A stretch of 64,000 nucleotides of DNA from an uncultured delta proteobacterium. GTDB taxonomy: Bacteria; Desulfobacterota; Binatia; HRBIN30; BPIQ01. Position 1 is the stretch's first letter; each line of letters opens with the position of its first letter. The notes under the pieces were generated by a model. It saw nothing but the letters and a program-made list of their open reading frames with translations. It was not told where the DNA came from and made no database searches. Shown here piece by piece: positions 56,798-64,000 of the stretch. The translations under genes were made by a program, and so were the position numbers. The stretch is taken from NCBI GenBank assembly GCA_963761335.1, contig CAVXGR010000013.1:32001-96000 (forward strand), written 5' to 3'.

Positions 56798-59700
56798 TTA
56801 CCGCTCGATGCAGGCCAGCTTGTGATCGCGCGGCTGCTTGCAGTGGCCGATCTCGTCGAGCCGATGTACGGTGGCAGTCAGCGGATCAGCGGTCGTGCCC
56901 TGAGAGAGCGTCACCGTCACCGGGGCGGCGAGCGCCGTGGTCCCGGTGACACTGTCCGCGAGTCGCCGGGCGCTGACCCGACTATTGAAGACCAGCGGTC
57001 CCTGGCGGGTAGGCCGAAATACCGCCCGGATGTTCCTGTCGACGCTGCGGCACACGATCTTCTGGTGCGGGCCCTTCAGCGCGCAGCCGCTCAGCGGCAG
57101 CGTCACGTCGAACCCCGCCGAGTCCTGGACTCGCAGCGAAGCCGATCCGGCGAGCGCGCTGGCGCGCAGAGCACCGCCGGTGTCATTGTCGTTCACCAGC
57201 ATGCGCACGATGATCCTGCCGTTGTCGGGGTGCACAGAGGTATCGAGCCGCAGGCGAGCGACGCTGACGACCACGGATGACGGAGAGGTGCTGGCGTCGC
57301 AGACGTCTCCGGCCCCATCGGAATCGAGATCCGACTGGTCGCCATTGGCAGCGGCCGGGCAGTTGTCGTCGGCATTGCAGACACCATCGCCGTCGCCGTC
57401 GCCGCCACCGCCGGTGTTGGTGCAGGCTCCGCTCTGACAGGTGTCGGCCTCGCCGCAGGTGTCGGTGCCGGTGTCGCAGGCGGTCAGATCGGGCAACGAC
57501 TCGCAGGTGCCGCTCGGCTCCAGGCACACTCCGCTCAGACACTGTCCGGAGCATACTGTCGGAGATCCGGCCTCACACATCTCCGTTCCCAGGTTGCAGG
57601 TTTCCGTACCCGTGCACGTCAGCCCGTCGTCGCACTGAGAGTCGGCGGAGCAGCTGACGCAGGCGGGAACGAAGGTCGCGAAGGGATCGAAGTCGACATT
57701 CGCAGTGACCGGGTCCCCCGATCCCGGACCGCTTCCGCCAGGACCATCTGCCGCGCCCCACCAGTTGTCCTCCGCATCGACCACACCCGCCTGCAGGCTG
57801 GAGGCGCTCATGCCGGAGAGGTTGCCGGCAAAGGAGTTCTCGTGAACCGTGATCGGGTTGGCGCCTGCGTCGGCGCCGACGACGAAGATGCCGGCGCCGA
57901 CGTCGCAATCGCTGTCGGCGGAGCAAGCGTCGTCGATCGCTCCGCTGAGGCAGAGCCCCGAGCCTCCGATGTCGCAGGTGCCCGGCTGCCGGTTGTCGCG
58001 GATCCGGTTGCAGGTGGCGGTGACCACGCTGGTATCGGCCGTGTCGTAGCCGATGGCAATCCCCGTGGTGTTGCTCTCCATGATGTTGCCCTCCACCGTC
58101 GCCCCGGAGCCCGGACCGAAGTACGTGGTCACCAGGACTCCCGCCGAGGTGGAGCCGTCGGAGGATGCCTGACCGCGGTTGTCGGTGACGGTGTTGCCCG
58201 AGACGGTCACCTGCGCGCCGTTGCCGATGTCGAGCATGTAGTCGAGGTGATCCCCGTCGCCCTTGCCGGTATACATGTTGTCGCTGAAGGTGGACCCGGT
58301 GACGTCCGGCCCGAAGTAGTTGACGCCGACGCGGCCGATCTCGGTGAACATGCAGTTCGAGACGTCTACCGGACCGGTTCCGAACGCCGCCAGGGCCGTG
58401 CCGTTGTAGGTTGGATACTTGATCTCGTTGAAGAGAACGTTGTCGATCGCGCCCTGGCCCTTGTGGCGAATCGCCTGCCAGATGTTGAAGCCGGTGCCGT
58501 CCAGCGTCAGATCGCTCAGGTTGAAGGTGATGCCGCTATCGACCAGGAACCAGCCGCGCGGATCGCCGTTGTTGCCGGTGCTTCCGGTCGCGTGGACCAC
58601 TGTCGCCGTCTTGCCGGCGCCGACCACCGACACGTCCTTGTCGACGACGATCTGAGGCCCCTCCGCGAACGAACCCGACGAGAGGCTGATGGTATCGCCG
58701 CTCGGACAGGCGACGTCGATGGCGTGCTGAATGGTGGCGCACGGCGCGCCGGAGTCGCGGCAGTCGTTCAGCATGTCGTCTCCTCCGACGGCGACGTACC
58801 GGGTCGTCGGGCACGCCTGCGCGATGAGGATCGGATCATTGTCGTCGTCGGCCACCGGGTTCGGATCGGCGCCGTCGCAGTTCACGTTGCTGAACGACGA
58901 CTCGGCGCTCTGCGGTGATGAGCTGCCCTCCTCGATCGCCATGAAGATCGCCTGGCCCGGGATCACGTCGATTCCCGTTGCCGATCCCACCGCGGGCTCC
59001 AGGAGCAGGGAACCCAGAGGCGGGGTCAGCGTCGCGATCACCGAGTTGATGTCGTTCCGGTCGATGACCGTCACGGTTCGCCCATCGGTGCTGACCAGGA
59101 CGTGATCCCCGTCGATGGCCACATCGAACGCCCCGGCAAGGGCGCGTTTGCTCACCGTGCTGCCGTCCGGGCTGATCAGGAACAGCGTCCCGTCATTCTC
59201 CGCCACCCAGACGTTGCCGTCGGCGTCGCTCGCCAGGCCGCGCATGTCATTGGTGGCAGCGCCGGCCGAATCCAATCCGACGTGCACGATGCCGTCACCG
59301 TCAAAGGCCGGGTCGAGCACAGTGGCGCGCGCCACGCTGCCGCCGCCGGCGATCGTCGTCTCGTCGACGATCATCCGATAGACCTCGTCGGTCCCGCGGT
59401 CGGCGGCATAGACATAGAAGCTGGAGCCGTCTCGGCGGGCGACGTGGATCCCGTTGGTCGTCGTGAAGCCGGTGATCGACAGCAACAAAGTGGTCAGATT
59501 GGCGTCGAAGACCTGGATCGCCGTCGACCGCGTGGCCCACACCCGGCCGGTATCGTCAGTCGCCAGGGCCTTCGGGTTGTCGAGCGCGTCGGGGAGGCAT
59601 GTGCCGGTGTACCCGCCGGCCGAGCACGAGGCACTGTTGAAGTGCACCTCGGCGACCACCGCGCAAGAGTCGGCGGGATCCGGAAAGGAGAGATCGATCT

Positions 59701-59980
59701 TGCGGATCTGTCTGTGCTGGTTGTAGCCGAGATAAAGAAACTGGCCGTCCGGCGAGAGCGCCAGGCCTCGCAGGCTGCGCGGCTCCCCCGCGCCGGGTCC
59801 CTGTCCAATGCCAAAGGGTGCGTCATCGTCGTCGACGATGTTCTGCACACCCCATTCGAGGTCGGTGAGTGAGATCTCCGCGCGCGCCAACGCGCCGCCG
59901 AAGACGAGAGCGCCCACAACTGGCGCGAGGATCGCCCCGAGAGCGAACGAACGCCATTGGCCAAAGCATGTCCTTTGCAT
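56798..59980 (-). CDS. Large secreted protein: beta-propeller-like region, right-handed beta-helix, Cys-rich and thrombospondin type-3 repeats, basic C-terminal domain
   Basis: AGGAGG RBS; signal; RGLALSPDG/RGLASDADG blades; PCATIQHAID; DAEDNWWG; DGDGDGVCNADDNCP...DGAGDVCD. Confidence 0.82.
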   Translation of the reverse strand: MQRTCFGQWRSFALGAILAPVVGALVFGGALARAEISLTDLEWGVQNIVDDDDAPFGIGQGPGAGEPRSLRGLALSPDGQFLYLGYNQHRQIRKIDLSFPDPADSCAVVAEVHFNSASCSAGGYTGTCLPDALDNPKALATDDTGRVWATRSTAIQVFDANLTTLLLSITGFTTTNGIHVARRDGSSFYVYAADRGTDEVYRMIVDETTIAGGGSVARATVLDPAFDGDGIVHVGLDSAGAATNDMRGLASDADGNVWVAENDGTLFLISPDGSTVSKRALAGAFDVAIDGDHVLVSTDGRTVTVIDRNDINSVIATLTPPLGSLLLEPAVGSATGIDVIPGQAIFMAIEEGSSSPQSAESSFSNVNCDGADPNPVADDDNDPILIAQACPTTRYVAVGGDDMLNDCRDSGAPCATIQHAIDVACPSGDTISLSSGSFAEGPQIVVDKDVSVVGAGKTATVVHATGSTGNNGDPRGWFLVDSGITFNLSDLTLDGTGFNIWQAIRHKGQGAIDNVLFNEIKYPTYNGTALAAFGTGPVDVSNCMFTEIGRVGVNYFGPDVTGSTFSDNMYTGKGDGDHLDYMLDIGNGAQVTVSGNTVTDNRGQASSDGSTSAGVLVTTYFGPGSGATVEGNIMESNTTGIAIGYDTADTSVVTATCNRIRDNRQPGTCDIGGSGLCLSGAIDDACSADSDCDVGAGIFVVGADAGANPITVHENSFAGNLSGMSASSLQAGVVDAEDNWWGAADGPGGSGPGSGDPVTANVDFDPFATFVPACVSCSADSQCDDGLTCTGTETCNLGTEMCEAGSPTVCSGQCLSGVCLEPSGTCESLPDLTACDTGTDTCGEADTCQSGACTNTGGGGDGDGDGVCNADDNCPAAANGDQSDLDSDGAGDVCDASTSPSSVVVSVARLRLDTSVHPDNGRIIVRMLVNDNDTGGALRASALAGSASLRVQDSAGFDVTLPLSGCALKGPHQKIVCRSVDRNIRAVFRPTRQGPLVFNSRVSARRLADSVTGTTALAAPVTVTLSQGTTADPLTATVHRLDEIGHCKQPRDHKLACIER

Positions 59981-60276
59981 CGTTTCCTCCTGAGTCCAGG
60001 ACCGCGAGGCGGTGCCCTCACGATCTTCCGTGGTCTCTCCTCCCGATGTCGCATTCCCCCGATGGCGGGAGGGCTGCACCCTGTGTGCCGCGAGAAGCAG
60101 TATGCGCGCCGCAAGGCGTCCTCGACAAGCTGGGGAATCCCCCAATACCTGCAGGGTAACCCCCTATGGTGAGTCCCTATCGCTGTGAGTGAGCCGGGCG
60201 AGGTGTGGGCGGCGGCACAGGGGTGCAGCGGCGCCCGCCCCGGGCCCGGGGGCGGGGGCGGGCGCCAGGTGCCGGG

Positions 60277-61656
60277 CTACACGCTCGGCTGGATGTTCTG
60301 GTTGATGCGGAAGAGGTTCTGCGGGTCGTATCGGGCCTTGATCTCGCGCAGCCGGTCGTAGTTGCCGCGGTAGGCGGCGCGCACTTGCTCCTGGCCCTCG
60401 TCCATCATCAGGTTGACGTACGATCCGCCTGCGGAATGAGGGTGCATCGCGTCCCAGTACTCGCGCGACCAGGCGATCATCTGCTCGCAGCTCGAGGGGT
60501 CCCGGTCGACGCCGACGATCACCTCGGCGAAGTTCGCATCGCGGAAGCTGAAAGCCGTCTCCTCGCTGCCCACTCGATGGACCGCGCCATTGATCGGGTA
60601 CAGATGCATGGTCGAGAGGGCCGTGGGAAGCTTCGCGGCGTGCTCGAGATGTCGGGCGATCGCCTCCTCGCTGAAGCTCTCGAAGAAGTCGCCTTTCCAG
60701 TACCAGTGCAGCCCGGGCGGATAGAAGGCGTCGAACATGCTCTGCAGCGCCGGAAAGGGAAGCGGTCCGGTGAAGTCAATCGCCGGCTCGCCGAAGTCGC
60801 GGACGGGGGCGAAGCGCTCGTCCTTCTGGTCGAGCGGTCCCAGGTAGCACCAGGTGACGGCGCACATCTTCTGCAGGTGGAAGGCCTCGGGAAACGGCGG
60901 CGCCGGCGGTACGGTCATGAAACCGAACCAGCCGTTGATGTCCTCGGGCGCCTCGAGAATGAAGTCCTGCCAGCGCTTCATCACCTCCGGGGCGCGATCC
61001 AATGGCCAGAGCATCGGCCCACCGAAGACCGTGTCTACCTCGTGCAGGCGGAACTCGAACGAGGTCACCACGCCGAAGTTGCCACCGCCGCCGCGCACCG
61101 CCCAGAACAGATCGGCGTTCTCATTCTCGCTGGCGGTGACGAAGCGGCCGTCGGCGAGCACCATGTCGACCCCGAGCAGGTTGTCGATGCTGAGCCCATG
61201 GCGCCGCGCCAGATAGCCGATGCCGCCGCCCAGTGTCAGCCCGCCGACGCCGGTGGTGGAGATGAAGCCACTGGGCGTCGCCCGCCCGAAGGCGTGGGTC
61301 GCGTGGTCGACGGCACCCCAGGTGGAGCCGCCTTCCGCCCGCACCGTGCGCCGGGCCGGATCGACACGGCGGCCGTCCATGGCCGACAGGTCGACGACCA
61401 TACCATCGTCGCACGTGCACAGACCGGGTGCGCTGTGCCCTCCGCCGCGCACGGCGAGCGGCAGGTCGTGCTCGCGGGCGAAGCGGACGGCAGCGATGAC
61501 GTCGGCGGCGTCGGAACAGCGCGCGATCAGCGCCGGCCGGCGGTCGATCATGGCATTGTAGATGCGGCGCGCCGCCTCGTAATCGGCGCCCTCCGGCTGA
61601 ATCAATGCGCCTCGGAAACCTCCCGCAAGCTCCGCGATCGATGATCTCTCCAGCAT
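60277..61656 (-). CDS. FAD-binding oxidoreductase (berberine-bridge / 6-hydroxy-D-nicotine oxidase-like)
   Basis: GGGAGG RBS; VRGGGHS (covalent-FAD His), GLTLGGG, DLFWAVRGGGGNFG, YVN, KARYDPQNLFR. Confidence 0.92.
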   Translation of the reverse strand: MLERSSIAELAGGFRGALIQPEGADYEAARRIYNAMIDRRPALIARCSDAADVIAAVRFAREHDLPLAVRGGGHSAPGLCTCDDGMVVDLSAMDGRRVDPARRTVRAEGGSTWGAVDHATHAFGRATPSGFISTTGVGGLTLGGGIGYLARRHGLSIDNLLGVDMVLADGRFVTASENENADLFWAVRGGGGNFGVVTSFEFRLHEVDTVFGGPMLWPLDRAPEVMKRWQDFILEAPEDINGWFGFMTVPPAPPFPEAFHLQKMCAVTWCYLGPLDQKDERFAPVRDFGEPAIDFTGPLPFPALQSMFDAFYPPGLHWYWKGDFFESFSEEAIARHLEHAAKLPTALSTMHLYPINGAVHRVGSEETAFSFRDANFAEVIVGVDRDPSSCEQMIAWSREYWDAMHPHSAGGSYVNLMMDEGQEQVRAAYRGNYDRLREIKARYDPQNLFRINQNIQPSV

Positions 61657-61817
61657 GTGATCCTCCCTTTCTGCCGGCACATGCCGCTCGGGCATCTGCC
61701 CGGCGTCTGCGGCGACGAGACGCCCTGGGGACTTTCCGCTGGCGGAGAGGGCTCGAGTGCTTCGTCGCCCAGATCAGATTTGCGATCAGCTTTGACGCTA
61801 GCGCCTTCGAGCGGCAG

Positions 61818-62639
61818 CTACAATTGCACTTCGTGAAATCGGATCGGCTTCTCGAAGCCCTTCACCAGCAGCTCGCCGACGTCGATGAAATGGACGAGCT
61901 TGCCGATACAGAGCTCGGCGACCACGTTGGAAACGAGAATCTGACCGGGGCGCGCGTGGGCGCAGGCGCGAGCCGCGAGCTGGACGGTGGCGCCGAACAG
62001 ATCGGCATTGTCCTCCACCGGCTCTCCGGCGCTCAGACCGATGCGCACGCGGAACGGTGTAGCCGCGCCATTGCGGTTGTGGACATCCAGGGCGCGCTGC
62101 ACGGCGATGGCGCAATCGACTGCGGAGAACGCCGACGAAAACACCGCCATGATGCCGTCACCGGTGTGCTTGACCTCTCGTCCGCCGTGGGATGCCAGAG
62201 CATCGCGGATGATGGCGTCGTGCACGCGCAAGACCTTCAGCGCCTCGACATCCCCGAGCCTCTGGGTGATGGTGGTGGAGCCCTCCATATCGGTGAACAT
62301 GATGGTCCGAATCCCGGTGTCGACGCCGCCCCCGCCGGCGCGCACCACCGCGCCCACGGAGTTGGTCTCGGCATCGCCGAGCAGGGCCTGCACAGTCCCC
62401 TTCTCGACCTCGATGATCTCGTCGGCAACAATACCGTGCGCCTCGCGGTGCACGGCGGCAGCCGCCTCGGCGCTCGGCGCCTCCACCAGGCAGAATATCC
62501 GCCCTGCCTGCTCGTTGAACCAGTAACTGAGGTAGCGCACCTCGTGTGCGTCCTGAACTTTCAGGTCGGCGAGGTGTGCCGCGGCCACGTCGTCGGGCGT
62601 GGCGCCGTGCAGCTTGTGGATATCCATGAACAGCGGCAT
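61818..62639 (-). CDS. DUF4242 (SCO4226-like Ni-binding) domain fused to a class III adenylate/guanylate cyclase
   Basis: MPLFMDIH...AHLADL...YW...IFCLVEAP...VHREAHG; FTDMEGST, KHTGDG, DLFGATVQLAAR, VKGF. Confidence 0.88.
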   Translation of the reverse strand: MPLFMDIHKLHGATPDDVAAAHLADLKVQDAHEVRYLSYWFNEQAGRIFCLVEAPSAEAAAAVHREAHGIVADEIIEVEKGTVQALLGDAETNSVGAVVRAGGGGVDTGIRTIMFTDMEGSTTITQRLGDVEALKVLRVHDAIIRDALASHGGREVKHTGDGIMAVFSSAFSAVDCAIAVQRALDVHNRNGAATPFRVRIGLSAGEPVEDNADLFGATVQLAARACAHARPGQILVSNVVAELCIGKLVHFIDVGELLVKGFEKPIRFHEVQL

Positions 62640-62744
62640 CGATGGGCTCTCGTGCTTCGCTATCGCTTGTAGCTCTTTGAGCTATCGACGGCCAGCAGGA
62701 GTTACTGTGGCACGCGATGTCTGGAATATTTCCAGCCCGCGTCA

Positions 62745-62781
62745 GCGCTTCTCTTCCGCATCGCCTGCGGGAGAGAAGCGC
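62745..62781. terminator. 16-bp hairpin downstream of the Kunitz gene
   Basis: GCGCTTCTCTTCCGCA and TGCGGGAGAGAAGCGC arms, one imperfect pair. Confidence 0.55.
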
Positions 62782-62791
62782 CACCGCGACC

Positions 62792-63397
62792 TCAGTCCGC
62801 CGGCACGCACTGCGCCTGCGGCGGACAGGGCGCGCGCACACAGAGCACCGGCACCAGCTCGCACTTTTGTCCCTGCGGGCAGGGAACACCGACACACGTA
62901 TCGGCGCAGAAGCGCTCCCCGGTGGGCGGATAGATCAGCCACTCCTGGTTCGACTTGCAGGGGAACTCACACGGTCCCGCGCCGCATCGGCGCTCGCACT
63001 CCTCGCGCGTCTCGAACCTGTTGCCGTTGCCACCGCAGCCGCCCCAGACGAAGAGCTCGCAGGCGCCGGTCGCCGGATTGTGCCACCAGCGGAGAAAGGC
63101 AGCGTCGCACGGGCCCGGATCCGCGGGGAGGCTGCAGATGTCGGAGCTCATGTCGCACGAAATCCCGGCGTCACCCGTCAGGCGCTCGAACATGCGCCGC
63201 AGCCGCTTGCAGGAGGGCCGATCGGGCGTGGCCGTACAGCTCCGGCGGCAGTACTTGGCGCAGAGGCGCGCCTCGAGGCCGCCCCGTCCGGGACACAGCG
63301 CTTCCGCCGCCAGTGTTGACGACGCCGACAGCGTCAAAACGAGAGCAACTGCCATCCACAGTCGCGGGAGCGCGTGAGAGTCGCGGGGGGGCATCAT
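62792..63397 (-). CDS. Secreted BPTI/Kunitz-domain protein with flanking Cys-rich modules
   Basis: CSLPADPGPCDAAFLRWWHNPATGACELFVWGGCGGNGNRFETREECERRC carries all six Kunitz cysteines; signal peptide. Start is 63397 or 63355. Confidence 0.9.
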   Translation of the reverse strand: MMPPRDSHALPRLWMAVALVLTLSASSTLAAEALCPGRGGLEARLCAKYCRRSCTATPDRPSCKRLRRMFERLTGDAGISCDMSSDICSLPADPGPCDAAFLRWWHNPATGACELFVWGGCGGNGNRFETREECERRCGAGPCEFPCKSNQEWLIYPPTGERFCADTCVGVPCPQGQKCELVPVLCVRAPCPPQAQCVPAD

Positions 63398-63525
63398 GTC
63401 GCTCCGATGACTCGGCCCAGTCATCCGGTCCTCTCCACCATCGCCCCGCCGTCCGCCGCTTGTCAAGGCAAGAGCGTTCGCGGCCGCACCCGGATCCGGG
63501 TCCGACGCTCAAGAATTCCCAACAA

Positions 63526-64000
63526 TCAACACCTCACCCCGGCGATCTCCTCGTTCACCTTCTCTGCGGCCTCCAGCGCCAAGGCGTGGCCACAACCGGG
63601 AATGACCACGGTGCGGGCCCCGGGGATGGCCCGTCCCACCTGCTCCCCACCGGGTGTGAGCAGATCGTCGCCGGCGGCGAGAACCAACACCGGCACCGCG
63701 ATGCGGGCCAGGTCGGCGCGACGGCTCCCCGACCAGGCGCGCATGCCGGCGGCGGCGCGCTCCAGGGTGAGCGCTGGAACCCGCGCCGCGATCGCCGCCA
63801 GTCCGCGCGCGGTGCGCTCGCGCACCGCGACATCGGCGAGCGTCCGCGGCGAGAAGAGCCACGGCAGGAGCGCGCGCGCCAAGGTCTCCGCCGACGACTC
63901 GCACGCCACCCGGCACCACGCGTCGACGACGGCGTCGAGGCGAGGGGTCATCTCGACGAACGGCGTGATGAGCACCAGGGAGCGCACTTTCTGTGCATGC
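63526..64000 (-). CDS. Alpha/beta-fold hydrolase, C-terminal part (5' end outside the window)
   Basis: VRSLVL, LARIAVPVLVLAAGDDLLTP, IPGCGH...E. Confidence 0.8.
   Translation of the reverse strand, partial: HAQKVRSLVLITPFVEMTPRLDAVVDAWCRVACESSAETLARALLPWLFSPRTLADVAVRERTARGLAAIAARVPALTLERAAAGMRAWSGSRRADLARIAVPVLVLAAGDDLLTPGGEQVGRAIPGARTVVIPGCGHALALEAAEKVNEEIAGVRC

Overview
High-GC bacterial chromosomal window with about 47 protein-coding genes. I saw no rRNA, tRNA, CRISPR array, integrase or intact transposase. The many Cys-rich secreted proteins, two DUF3604 genes, an F420-dependent reductase, an Ltp2/DUF35 pair and a P450 suggest a Candidatus Binatia (Binatota)-like or related deltaproteobacterial genome; this is inference only. 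Main blocks: (1) 1-5015, four tandem paralogues of an unrecognised two-lobed Cys-rich secreted domain, one fused to an alpha/beta-hydrolase, with duplicated promoter and 5'UTR motifs, downstream of an HTTM membrane protein; (2) NFACT/RqcH and a wHTH-STAND regulator divergent from GFA and FGE-fold genes; (3) ppgK, a deazaflavin reductase, a PadR-ABC operon with a compositionally mosaic permease, a P450, a sulfotransferase and a peptidase M15; (4) a dehydrogenase/epimerase/OYE/DapA-like catabolic cluster and apaH; (5) a DUF3604-PpiC-HupE/UreJ operon, a DUF1566 protein and a ~3,550-aa adhesin; (6) ltp2-DUF35-SDR, then a 5'-truncated tauD joined to short foreign gene fragments; (7) a second DUF3604, AcvB/VirJ, AlkP, lactonase and methyltransferase genes, a large secreted beta-propeller/beta-helix protein, a BBE-type oxidase, a DUF4242-cyclase and a bacterial Kunitz protein. 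Several families of short palindromic (REP/MITE-like) elements occur; one family is inserted in-frame in two protein-coding genes. All product calls come from recognising motifs by eye, not from database searches.
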